Below are positions 8,036 to 17,109 of a DNA stretch of 64,000 nt, in pieces. Source of the DNA: an uncultured Eggerthella sp. (GTDB taxonomy: Bacteria; Actinomycetota; Coriobacteriia; Coriobacteriales; Eggerthellaceae). The notes below the pieces were generated by a model. It was not told the DNA's origin. It ran no database searches and saw only the letters and a program-made list of their open reading frames with translations. How positions within the stretch are numbered: the first letter of the stretch is position 1; each line of letters begins with the position of its first letter. A program made the translations under genes and the position numbers. The stretch is from contig CATYMO010000002.1 in assembly GCA_958409415.1 (NCBI GenBank), positions 17,547 to 81,546 of the forward strand, read 5' to 3'.

Positions 8036-10604
8036 GAAGCGCGATGCGCAAGGCGCGGCTTCTTCGCCTGCTCGACGTGATCAAGACAGATCCAGTATGC
8101 GCTCTTCACGCACCTCACGCGCTACCTCATCCTCTCGCGAGGAGTCTGTAAGCCAAAGCGGGCGTGCGACACGAGGCGGGCGCAGCGCTTCGGAGGGGCG
8201 TCCTTCACGCACCAGCGGAAACGCGAGCTCTTCGCGCAGCTCGCGCTCGCAAGAATCGAGCGTTCGCTCACGCAGAGATGCTCAGCGCGGATCGCAAGCG
8301 CGCACGAGCGCCCGTCCGTCTCGCAGAGAACCTGAGATCGATCCTGCGCAAGAGAGTCGCGATGCTGCGCGGCAGCGGCTGCAGGCACGCACGGCTGCAA
8401 CGCAGCAAGAGCGCTCGACTCTTTCAGACGGTGCTCAGCGTTCATCTGCGCGTTCTGCTCGTGCCGATACGCTCATGCGCACGGCCAGGCGTACTGCGGT
8501 GTCAAAAGATGAACCTCAAACAGAAGACACTTCGCCCTCAACGAATGCGCGTGCGCGCAGGGGAACTGCACAGTCTGCGCGCCGATCACGCGCAGAAGGC
8601 AAGCGTCGTTCGCAGGCAGACCAGACGAACAATATGCTGGGGGGCGAACAGGGGATTCCTCATAATGTACTGAAGAATCCCATGAAGCCAGCTGGAGGAA
8701 AGGGTTCGGGCTCTTCAGGAGGAGCGGGCGTGTTCGCGCGATTGGTGGGCGGATGCGCCTGGCTGTGGTCGAAGAGCAAGGCGCTTTCGGTCGCGCTCGT
8801 GGTGGTTGTGGCGATCGTGGTTGCGGGAGGTGTCGATTCGCTCGCTACGATGAATCACATCTACCAGGGCGTGAGCGTGGGAAACATCGATCTTTCTGGA
8901 AAGACGCCCGAAGAAGCAACCACGCTCATCTCGCAGGAATACGAACCACGCTTCAACAGCAATGCGGTGGTCTTCTGTGCTAACGAACAAGCCGCGCAGC
9001 GCTCCGAGGAAGAGCAGCAACGCAACGAATCGCTTGAAGAGCAGATATCCTACGAAGAATCGCTCTCTTCGCGTGATCGCTGGACGGTGAACGCGCCTCT
9101 TATCGGGGCGACGTTCGACCCGGCCGCCTACGCCAAAGCCGCCTATGAAGTCGGACGGAGCGATGGTGGGTTCTTCGCACGCTTGGCGGCTCAATTCTCA
9201 GGACACGATATCAAGCCGGTTTGCACGTTCAACGAGACTTCGCTCGAAGCCCTTCGCGACGAGATCATCGATGCGCTCGGAAGCAAGATGGTCAACTTCA
9301 ACATCGAGATGAAGGATGCGCATGCGCAAGTGACCGACGGTCACGATGGCTATGAGGTGTCCGAAGAGTGGCTCGTCGATCGGCTGAATCAGGCGCTTCT
9401 TGAAGCGGAGGGCGAATCGCGCTTCATCATCGATATGCATGATGTCGCCATCCAGATCGATCACGATAAGGCGCAGGCGTGCGCGGATGAGATCAATGCC
9501 TCGATCCCTTGCGGGGTCAATTTCACCTATGAGGACAAGAGCTATTTTGCGGATAAGAACGTACTTGCCGAATGGATCAAGACCGAGGTGAAGCAGGAGG
9601 GGGATGCCTTCACGCTCGTGCCGCTCTTCGATGGGGCGAAAGCTAACCAGAAGATCATCCAAGGGTTCGGGTTCAGCTACGGTGGGTCAGATTATCTCGT
9701 GCACTTCACGAACGAAGGTGGCAACATCACCGTAAGTACCAATGCAACTGGCTCAGTGCCGCAGGTCTCTGAAGCGATCGCGCACCTGAACGAAACGTTC
9801 TTCTCGCCCAACGAGAAAACGACCGCGGCAGAGGTTCAGGTCGTTTCCGCGCAGATTCCTGAATCGATGAGCTTCGAAGAGGCGCTCGATTACGGACTCA
9901 TCACCGAAATATCCTCCTATACCACGCGCTATGCGTCAGGCGCAGAAGCGCGCAATAACAACATCCATGTGGCAGCCGATGCGCTCAACAATTCGATCTG
10001 CAAAGCAGGTGAGACCTGGTCATTCCTGGCGCTCGCGGGTGAGGCAACGCCAGAGAAGGGTTACCAAGGCGCAGGTGCAATCATCGGCGGCGAGTATTCC
10101 GATGCGATCGGTGGTGGTATCTGCCAGGTGGCCACTACGGTGTTCAATGCAGTCTATGAAGCAGGCTACCCGATCGAGCGGCGCAACAATCATTCGCTCT
10201 ATATTGCAAGTTACCCCGAAGGACGCGATGCAGCCATCGCATACCCTGATATCGATCTGGTGTGGCGAAATGATACGGAATCCGATGTGCTGCTGCGCAT
10301 GAGCTACACCAATTCATCGGTCAGCGCCACGCTCTACGGTGTTGACCCAGGATATGAGGTAACGACCGTTTATGGCGAGTGGGAAGAAGGCGAGCCCTAT
10401 CGCACGGTGGTGCGCAAAGACCCCGATTATCCTATCGGCACGGAGTTCATTGAGTCCTCTGGCGCTAATGGGCGCTCGATTACGATTGTCCGCACGGTCA
10501 AAGACCGTAATGGCAATATAATTCAAGAGAAAGAATTCCATTCGAATTATCAACCGAAGAACGAAGTTAAAGTTCAGGGTTCAGCCGAACCTTCGAGCGA
10601 GTGA
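8028..10604 (+). CDS. VanW-family plus G5-domain cell-envelope protein with a ~230-aa Arg/Ser-rich disordered N-terminal region and a single TM helix
   Basis: C-terminal VanW signature (GGGICQVATTVFNAVYEAGYP…) and a G5-like tail. ATG at 8028 overlaps the pgsA stop (ATGGCTAG). The upstream in-frame extension to 7959 was rejected. Confidence 0.75.
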   Translation: MARKRDAQGAASSPARRDQDRSSMRSSRTSRATSSSREESVSQSGRATRGGRSASEGRPSRTSGNASSSRSSRSQESSVRSRRDAQRGSQARTSARPSRREPEIDPAQESRDAARQRLQARTAATQQERSTLSDGAQRSSARSARADTLMRTARRTAVSKDEPQTEDTSPSTNARARRGTAQSARRSRAEGKRRSQADQTNNMLGGEQGIPHNVLKNPMKPAGGKGSGSSGGAGVFARLVGGCAWLWSKSKALSVALVVVVAIVVAGGVDSLATMNHIYQGVSVGNIDLSGKTPEEATTLISQEYEPRFNSNAVVFCANEQAAQRSEEEQQRNESLEEQISYEESLSSRDRWTVNAPLIGATFDPAAYAKAAYEVGRSDGGFFARLAAQFSGHDIKPVCTFNETSLEALRDEIIDALGSKMVNFNIEMKDAHAQVTDGHDGYEVSEEWLVDRLNQALLEAEGESRFIIDMHDVAIQIDHDKAQACADEINASIPCGVNFTYEDKSYFADKNVLAEWIKTEVKQEGDAFTLVPLFDGAKANQKIIQGFGFSYGGSDYLVHFTNEGGNITVSTNATGSVPQVSEAIAHLNETFFSPNEKTTAAEVQVVSAQIPESMSFEEALDYGLITEISSYTTRYASGAEARNNNIHVAADALNNSICKAGETWSFLALAGEATPEKGYQGAGAIIGGEYSDAIGGGICQVATTVFNAVYEAGYPIERRNNHSLYIASYPEGRDAAIAYPDIDLVWRNDTESDVLLRMSYTNSSVSATLYGVDPGYEVTTVYGEWEEGEPYRTVVRKDPDYPIGTEFIESSGANGRSITIVRTVKDRNGNIIQEKEFHSNYQPKNEVKVQGSAEPSSE

Positions 10605-10606
10605 GA

Positions 10607-11929
10607 ATGAAAGGAGCGGTTGTGTACTACCAGCCCGAACTAGAAACGATGCCACGTGAGGAGCTCGACGCACTTCAGCTTGAGCGTCTCCAGAAGTTGG
10701 TCGCTTATGTCTATGAGCGCATTCCCTTCTATCGCGAGTCGTTCGATGAGGCAGGCGTTAAACCTGAAGACATCACCTCGCTCGATGATCTGCGCAAATT
10801 CCCGTTCACGGTGAAGCAGGACTTGCGCGACGCCTATCCGTTCGGCATGTTCGCGGTGCCGCAAAGCGAGGTCGCTCGCATTCACTGCTCTTCGGGCACA
10901 ACAGGCACGGCAACCGTGGTTGGTTACACTGAAAAAGACCTTGAAGTGTGGGGCGATTGCTTTGCCCGCTTCCTCTATGCAGCAGATTGTGGCCCCGATG
11001 CCGTGCTGCAAGTTGCCTATGGCTATGGTTTGTTCACGGGTGGTCTTGGCGCTCACCAGGGCGGCGAACGTGGTGGTCTTACCGTGCTTCCCATGTCCAC
11101 TGGCAATACGAAACGCCAGGTGCGTCTCATGAAAGACTTCGGTGTCGACGTGCTCGCCTGCACGCCTTCTTATGCGCTCAACATCGCTGATGTGGCGATC
11201 GAAGAGGGCTACAAGCCGGCAGAAGAATTCAAGATCCATGCAGGCATCCTTGGTGCAGAGCCCTGCTCTGAGGGCATGCGCTCAGAGATCCAAGACAAGC
11301 TCGGTATCCAGGTCTACGATATCTATGGTCTTTCCGAGGTCATGGGCCCTGGTGTGGCTTGCGAGTGTGAAGCGCAGAATGGTCTGCATGTATGCGAGGA
11401 TCATTTCATCATCGAGATCGTCGATCCGCAGACGCTCGAGCCCGTGCCTGATGGGCAATGGGGCGAAGTGGTCATGACCACGCTCTCCAAGGAATGCTCG
11501 CCGCTCATTCGCTATCGTACGCGCGACATCTCTCGCATCATCACTGGTCAGTGCGAATGCGGGCGTACCTTCCGTCGCATGGATCGCATCACGGGACGTA
11601 CTGATGACATGATGATCCTTCGTGGTGTGAACGTCTTCCCGTCGCAGATCGAGGAAGAGATCGTCTCGTTCCCCGAGATCGTTTCTCAATACCAGCTCAT
11701 CCTTACCACGCGCGGTGCGCTTGACCATGTGGAACTGCAGGTCGAGACCGTGCCTGATTTCCCCTTCGACGAAGTGGCTCGCTTGCAGAAGCTCAAGAAG
11801 GACCTCGAAAAGGCGCTCAAGGAGAATCTGCAGATCGCAGTCGAGGTGAAGATCGTTGAACCGAAGACCATCGAGCGCTCCGAAGGCAAAGCAAAACGTA
11901 TCATCGACCTGAGGGAAGGACTGAAATAA
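10607..11929 (+). CDS. paaK: Phenylacetate--CoA ligase family (aryl-acetate/aryl-acid CoA ligase, PaaK-like)
   Basis: Near-collinear with E. coli PaaK: PELETMPREEL…SSGTTG…YGYGLFTGGLGAH…DIYGLSEVMGPGVA…RYRTRD…RGVNVFPSQ. Confidence 0.85.
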   Translation: MKGAVVYYQPELETMPREELDALQLERLQKLVAYVYERIPFYRESFDEAGVKPEDITSLDDLRKFPFTVKQDLRDAYPFGMFAVPQSEVARIHCSSGTTGTATVVGYTEKDLEVWGDCFARFLYAADCGPDAVLQVAYGYGLFTGGLGAHQGGERGGLTVLPMSTGNTKRQVRLMKDFGVDVLACTPSYALNIADVAIEEGYKPAEEFKIHAGILGAEPCSEGMRSEIQDKLGIQVYDIYGLSEVMGPGVACECEAQNGLHVCEDHFIIEIVDPQTLEPVPDGQWGEVVMTTLSKECSPLIRYRTRDISRIITGQCECGRTFRRMDRITGRTDDMMILRGVNVFPSQIEEEIVSFPEIVSQYQLILTTRGALDHVELQVETVPDFPFDEVARLQKLKKDLEKALKENLQIAVEVKIVEPKTIERSEGKAKRIIDLREGLK

Positions 11930-12351
11930 TGATCTCTCAATTAACGGTATTCCTTGAAAACCGCGAAGGCCGTTTGGCCTCCGCTATCCGCACGATCGCT
12001 GAAGCCGGCATCAACATGCAGGCGATGTTCTTGGCGGACACGAAGGATTTTGGCATCTTGCGCATCTTCTGCGACACGCCTGAGAAAGCGTGCCGCATCT
12101 TGCGTGAGGCAGATTATCAAGCGAAGTTGATCGATGTCGTTGCGGTCAAGGTACCCAACGTTCCTGGATCGCTTTCGAAGCTCTTCGATTATCTCGATGA
12201 TAAAGATATCAACGTCGAATACGCGCACTGCTTCATGGTAGGCGATCATGCGATCGATATCTTGAAGGTGGCCGATCCGGCGCTCGACGTGAAGCTTGCT
12301 GCAGAAGGATTCGAAGTCTGCAAGCCTGAGGATGTGTATGCGCTCGACTAG
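11929..12351 (+). CDS. ACT-domain protein (tandem ACT, ~140 aa), paired with paaK
   Basis: Two ACT-like beta-alpha-beta-beta-alpha-beta units; start overlaps the paaK stop (ATGA), consistent with translational coupling. Confidence 0.7.
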   Translation: MISQLTVFLENREGRLASAIRTIAEAGINMQAMFLADTKDFGILRIFCDTPEKACRILREADYQAKLIDVVAVKVPNVPGSLSKLFDYLDDKDINVEYAHCFMVGDHAIDILKVADPALDVKLAAEGFEVCKPEDVYALD

Positions 12352-13771
12352 GTCGCATATCCTTGATAGAACACGGACCAAATACGCAGGCATCTTTGCT
12401 TGCGTATTTGCGTTTGTCCTGAGCGTCGCGCTTTGTCCGTGCATCGCCCAGGCTGAAGTGCGCAATTCCGATGTGGTGCTCGGTCAGACCATCGAGGAGC
12501 AAGGCTTCACCGCTGCTCAAGCACCGAACATCGTCGCCGAATACGCCTATCTCGTTTCCAGCGATGGTACGATCTACTTTGCGCGTAACGCGTATGATCA
12601 AGTTCACATCGCATCCATCACGAAGATCATGACTGCGCTCGTTGCGCTCGACTATGGGGGAGACCCTACGCAGACCGAGATCACGGTCAGTCAAGAGGCA
12701 GCGAGCATCGGTGAATCCACTGCGGGGCTAAGAGCAGGCGATGTGCTCACGCTCGAAGCTGCGATCAAGGCGCTCATGATTCCTTCCGGCAACGATGCAG
12801 GTCAAGCCTTGGCTGAATCGCTCGGGCCGAAGATCTTGGAAGAACTGCAAAAGGATAAGAGCATTCCTGAAGATGAGATGCCTCAGAATGGCTACGATGC
12901 ATTCGTCTATGCGATGAACAAGAAGGCGCTCGCTCTCGGTATGAACGATGCGCATTTCAGCAACCCGCATGGTCTTGATTACGATCAGTTCAGCGGGGAT
13001 ATGCATTGCAGTGCTCAGAACGTTTCCATCATGGCTCGTGCTGCCATGGAAAACGAGCTTTTCCGTTCGGTCGTAGCAACGCCGAAGACCACGATCTCGG
13101 TAAAGCGTGGAGAGGGTTGGGTCGACCTTCAGCTCGAGTCGACCGATCTTCTGATCGGCGTCTATGAAGGCGCTTGCGGTATCAAGACCGGTTTCACCGA
13201 AGAAGCGGGCGAGTGCTTCGCGGGTGCTTGCGAGCGCGATGGGGAGACCCTCTACGCGATCGTGCTTCATTCGAGCACGGAAGCGCAGCGCTTCACCGAC
13301 TGCACGACCATGTGGAACTGGGTCTATGACAACACGATCGATGTTCCGCTGGCTTCTTCGGACGAAGTGATCACGCTTCAGCTCAATGGTCAAGAAGTCC
13401 AAGCGCCCGTCGTGGCGAATGTGAGCCATAAAGGCTGGCTCGATAAGACCTTCAAAGCAACGATCGCAAACCCGACTGAGACGGTCGAGGTCTTCCGCTA
13501 TAACGGAAATGTGAGCCAAGAAGTGGTTTTCGACGACATTACCAACACCGTGCATGCGGGAGACAAGGTGGGTACGGTAAACTATTACCAGAATAACGAG
13601 ATCATCAAAACGGTCGACCTTATTGCCGCAGAAGACTGCGCCGGTCCGAACTTCCTTGAAGGTATCGGCATCTGGTGGAGCAGGCTTACGGGCGGCGATC
13701 AAGCAAAGGAAGCTGAGAGCGAAGTGGTCAGCTCGATGCCGATCATCTACGGTGCCGATGCCACGCGCTAA
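12338..13771 (+). CDS. dacB: D-alanyl-D-alanine carboxypeptidase (S11 serine peptidase / low-MW PBP family) with signal peptide
   Basis: SxxK (ASITK), SGN (PSGND) and KTG-like motifs; N-terminal hydrophobic signal. ATG at 12338 chosen over the upstream ORF start, which overlaps the ACT gene. Confidence 0.75.
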   Translation: MRSTRSHILDRTRTKYAGIFACVFAFVLSVALCPCIAQAEVRNSDVVLGQTIEEQGFTAAQAPNIVAEYAYLVSSDGTIYFARNAYDQVHIASITKIMTALVALDYGGDPTQTEITVSQEAASIGESTAGLRAGDVLTLEAAIKALMIPSGNDAGQALAESLGPKILEELQKDKSIPEDEMPQNGYDAFVYAMNKKALALGMNDAHFSNPHGLDYDQFSGDMHCSAQNVSIMARAAMENELFRSVVATPKTTISVKRGEGWVDLQLESTDLLIGVYEGACGIKTGFTEEAGECFAGACERDGETLYAIVLHSSTEAQRFTDCTTMWNWVYDNTIDVPLASSDEVITLQLNGQEVQAPVVANVSHKGWLDKTFKATIANPTETVEVFRYNGNVSQEVVFDDITNTVHAGDKVGTVNYYQNNEIIKTVDLIAAEDCAGPNFLEGIGIWWSRLTGGDQAKEAESEVVSSMPIIYGADATR

Positions 13772-13798
13772 GCGTATAGAGGGGTAAGAGGGAAGCAT

Positions 13799-14233
13799 AT
13801 GACAACCTGTCCAGTGTGCATGAATGAAGCGAATAACGATGGAGACTGCTGTTCGGTGTGCGGCTACCATTTCCAAGATGCCACCGAAGCATTCGAGGCG
13901 ATATCCATCGATACCGAAGGTGAGCGTGCTCATGCTACCGATCAGGCACCTGCATCGCTTCGCGTGTGCTATGGCAAGCAGGAAGGTCTGGTGTTTCCGC
14001 TCGAGAGCGATTTCATCGAGATCGGCCGTTCTCCGCAATGTGGCGTGATGCTCAACGATATGACCGTTTCGCGCGTTCACGCTGAAATGGAGAAGATCAA
14101 CGGCGAATGGACCATCACGGACCGCGATTCGTTCAATGGCGTGTGGGTGAATAACGAAGCGATCAAGAATGCTGTGTTGAACCCAGGCGATCTTCTGCAG
14201 ATCGGCTGCTTCGTTCTTCGTTTCGTTGAATAA
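13799..14233 (+). CDS. Zinc-ribbon plus FHA-domain protein
   Basis: N-terminal CPVC…CSVCGYHF zinc ribbon; C-terminal FHA core (GRSPQCGVMLND…SRVHAEM…NGVWVN). Confidence 0.7.
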   Translation: MTTCPVCMNEANNDGDCCSVCGYHFQDATEAFEAISIDTEGERAHATDQAPASLRVCYGKQEGLVFPLESDFIEIGRSPQCGVMLNDMTVSRVHAEMEKINGEWTITDRDSFNGVWVNNEAIKNAVLNPGDLLQIGCFVLRFVE

Positions 14234-14290
14234 TCGCCCCTTCAAGATCTCGTCTTTTGAATCTTTTGAAAATACGAACAAGGATTACGT

Positions 14291-16018
14291 ATGGAATTTT
14301 TATCAGGTAATGAAGCGATCGCGCGTGGTGCGTGGGAAGCAGGGTGTCATATTGGCACTGCCTATCCAGGAACACCTTCTACCGAGACCATGGAAACCTT
14401 CGCAACGCTTCCTGGGGTCTACGCGGAATGGTGTCCGAACGAAAAGGTCGCGCTCGAGGTTGCGATGGGTGCTTCTGCAGCGGGTGCACGTGTGCTCGTT
14501 ACGATGAAGCACGTGGGCGTGAATGTGTGTGCCGATCCGCTTTTCACTGCCTCGTATACCGGCGTTAACGGTGGGGTGCTTTTGCTCGCCGCCGACGATC
14601 CGGGCATGTTCTCTTCGCAGAACGAGCAAGACAGTCGCTATTATGCCATGGCTTCTCTTGTACCCATTCTTGAGCCTGCCGATTCTCAGGAAGCGCTCGA
14701 TTTCGCACGCAGCGCCTACGATCTTTCCGAGCAGTTCGATGTTCCCTTCATGATGCGCTCTACCGTACGCATCTCGCACACGAAAACCCCTGTTGAAGTG
14801 GGGGAGCGCACCGAGGTTGAGAAGAAGCCTTACGAGAGCGACCCTACCAAATGGGTCATGATGCCCGCCTTCGCGAAGCCGCGCCGTAAGGTCGTGGTCA
14901 AGCGCACGGAAACGCTGAAGGAATGGGTGGAAACGTGCCCGTTCAATCGCGTGGAGAAGGGCGATACGAGCATCGGCATCATTTGCGCTGGTGCGGTCTA
15001 TGAGCATGTTAAGGAAGCTCTGGGTGACGTGAGCATCTTCAAGCTGGGTGTGACCTGGCCGCTGCCCGCAGACGCGCTCGCGCGATTTGCTGAGAGCGTG
15101 GATAAGGTGTACGTGGTCGAAGAGGCTTCGACCTATCTTTCGGATGCAGTACGTTCATGCGGTATCGCGCTCGATGAATTCGTTAACCCCTTGCCTGCCG
15201 ATGGCGAGGTTCATCCTGAAGATGTCCTGCGGGCGTTCGGAAAAGAAACTCCTGCGCACCTCGATACTCCTGGCGATGTTCCTAACCGTCCGCCTGCTCT
15301 TTGTGCGGGCTGCCCTCATCGTATCGTCTTTCGTGAGCTCGCACGCAACAAAGCCATCGTCACGGGTGATATCGGCTGCTATACGCTCGGCGCACTGCCG
15401 CCGCTCTCAGCCATGGATACTACGCTCGACATGGGCGCCTCTGTTTCGATGGCGCACGGCTTCGAGCTCGCAATGGCGGGAAGCGACCATCGTCCGATCG
15501 TGGGTGTGATCGGCGATTCCACGTTCGCGCATTCTGGCCTTTCGAGCCTCATCAACACGGTCTATAACAAGGGTGCTGGCACGATCTGCATCCTCGATAA
15601 TCGCACGACCGCCATGACCGGCCAGCAGGGCAATCCGTTCAATGGGGTGACGCTGCAAAACCGCGAGAGCAACGAGCTCGATCTACCCGTTGTCCTCGAT
15701 GCTATCGGCGTCGATCACGTGCAGGTGGTCGATGCGTTCGATCGTGATGCGGTACGGGGTGCGCTCAAAGAAGCGCTCGGCCGCGACGAACTTGACGTGA
15801 TCGTGTTCCGCGGTCCTTGCGTGCTGCTTTCTAAAACGAAGGATACGCCCTACTGCGTGAACGGGAACTGCACGGGCTGTGGTGTGTGTGTGACGCTGGG
15901 ATGCCCCGCAATTTCAACCGATCGCGAAACGGGCTTTTCGTCGATCGATACCGATATGTGCAATGGATGCTCGCAGTGCGCTCAGTACTGCGCGTTCGAT
16001 GCGATCGAGCGTCTGTAG
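14291..16018 (+). CDS. iorA: Indolepyruvate:ferredoxin oxidoreductase alpha subunit
   Basis: Characteristic N-terminus MEFLSGNEAIARGAWEAGCHIGTAYPGTPSTE; TPP motif GDIGCYTLG; C-terminal 2x[4Fe-4S] (CTGCGVCV…CPAI, CNGCSQCAQYC). Confidence 0.9.
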   Translation: MEFLSGNEAIARGAWEAGCHIGTAYPGTPSTETMETFATLPGVYAEWCPNEKVALEVAMGASAAGARVLVTMKHVGVNVCADPLFTASYTGVNGGVLLLAADDPGMFSSQNEQDSRYYAMASLVPILEPADSQEALDFARSAYDLSEQFDVPFMMRSTVRISHTKTPVEVGERTEVEKKPYESDPTKWVMMPAFAKPRRKVVVKRTETLKEWVETCPFNRVEKGDTSIGIICAGAVYEHVKEALGDVSIFKLGVTWPLPADALARFAESVDKVYVVEEASTYLSDAVRSCGIALDEFVNPLPADGEVHPEDVLRAFGKETPAHLDTPGDVPNRPPALCAGCPHRIVFRELARNKAIVTGDIGCYTLGALPPLSAMDTTLDMGASVSMAHGFELAMAGSDHRPIVGVIGDSTFAHSGLSSLINTVYNKGAGTICILDNRTTAMTGQQGNPFNGVTLQNRESNELDLPVVLDAIGVDHVQVVDAFDRDAVRGALKEALGRDELDVIVFRGPCVLLSKTKDTPYCVNGNCTGCGVCVTLGCPAISTDRETGFSSIDTDMCNGCSQCAQYCAFDAIERL

Positions 16019-16031
16019 AGGGGAGCGCGAT

Positions 16032-16616
16032 ATGAGCGATAAGACATTCACTATTTTGCTTTGCGGCGTTGGTGGTCAGGGGACGATCACTGCGGCCACG
16101 TTGCTCGCGCGTGTTGCGAGCGCGGCAGGGAAGTGCTGCAAGGTTTCTGAGATCCATGGTATGGCACAGCGTGGTGGCGCGGTCACCACGGTCGTACGTT
16201 TTGGCGATAACGTTTCTACGATGGTCTGTGACGAAGGCTGCGCTGATAACATCGTGTCGTTCGAGACCACCGAAGCGCTCCGCAACCTTGCTTATCTGAA
16301 GGAAGGCGGCGTGCTCGTCGTGAACGATGAGGAGATCAAGCCGCTTCCTGTGCTCACGGGCAAGGCCGAGATGCCCGCTCGTGCGCGTGAGCGTCTCGAT
16401 GAGCTGGGAGCAACGCTCATTCCTGCGAGCGAGCTCGCTCGCAGTGCAGGAACGGCGAAATGCGCAAATGTCGTGCTTCTTGGTGCGCTCGCAGTGAGCC
16501 TTCCATTCGAGTTTTCCCTTTGGGAAGAGGTCATTCGTAACAATGTCCCGCCCAAGACCATCGATATCAACCTCGAGGCATTCCATCTGGGTGCCAACTA
16601 TATGCAAGGAGAGTAG
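16032..16616 (+). CDS. iorB: Indolepyruvate:ferredoxin oxidoreductase beta subunit
   Basis: LLCGVGGQGTITAA pyruvate/2-oxoacid:Fd oxidoreductase gamma-type fold; ATG 14 nt after the iorA stop. Confidence 0.85.
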   Translation: MSDKTFTILLCGVGGQGTITAATLLARVASAAGKCCKVSEIHGMAQRGGAVTTVVRFGDNVSTMVCDEGCADNIVSFETTEALRNLAYLKEGGVLVVNDEEIKPLPVLTGKAEMPARARERLDELGATLIPASELARSAGTAKCANVVLLGALAVSLPFEFSLWEEVIRNNVPPKTIDINLEAFHLGANYMQGE

Positions 16617-16618
16617 CC

Positions 16619-17032
16619 ATGGCTGTTGCCCAGTTAAGTGTTTTCATCGAGAGCAAGGTCGGTCACCTGAAGCGCGTGCTCGAAGTGTTCGTGGAGAACG
16701 ATATCAGCGTGAAAGGCTATGCGTTAAGCGATACGGGTGATTATGGCATCGCGCGATTCGTGGTCGACAAGCCGCAGCGCGCTTTTGAAGTGCTCGAGGC
16801 GAAGGGTATGGCGGTCAAGCAGGCTGACGTGCTCTGCTTGAAGCTCATCGATGAACCAGGTGAGCTCGTGCGCGTGTTCGACGTGATCGCCCAGCAAGAT
16901 ATGAACGTGAAGTATTCTTACTCGCTCATCTCGACCTATATCGCAGTCGGCGTCGAAGACGTTGCGCGCGCGGAAGCTGCATTGGCCGAACAACCGGTCG
17001 AGCTCGTTTCGCAGGTTGATTTCTCGGCGTAA
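16619..17032 (+). CDS. ACT-domain protein (second copy), paired with the second paaK
   Basis: Paralogue of 11929-12351 (MxxxQLSVFxE…GI/GV…); starts 3 nt after iorB. Confidence 0.7.
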   Translation: MAVAQLSVFIESKVGHLKRVLEVFVENDISVKGYALSDTGDYGIARFVVDKPQRAFEVLEAKGMAVKQADVLCLKLIDEPGELVRVFDVIAQQDMNVKYSYSLISTYIAVGVEDVARAEAALAEQPVELVSQVDFSA

Positions 17033-17109
17033 TGCGCTTAGTGCTCGTGCGCTACTAGTAGTCGTTATCTCCTTCCATCCCTTCTATTCAGTATCAGAAT
17101 CGAGAACCT

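Noticed and set aside
8040-8700. Apparent nucleotide-level tandem repetitiveness and several overlapping ORFs (8164-8673 +, 8122-8445 -) in the GC-rich stretch
   Set aside because: The repetitiveness comes from the Arg/Ser-rich coding low complexity of the VanW-protein N-terminus; the alternative-frame ORFs are by-products of the biased composition, not separate genes or a repeat element.
12728-14281. 517-aa minus-strand ORF spanning the dacB 3' end and the FHA gene
   Set aside because: Lies antisense to two + strand genes with clear conserved motifs; no recognisable domain; typical high-GC antisense open frame.
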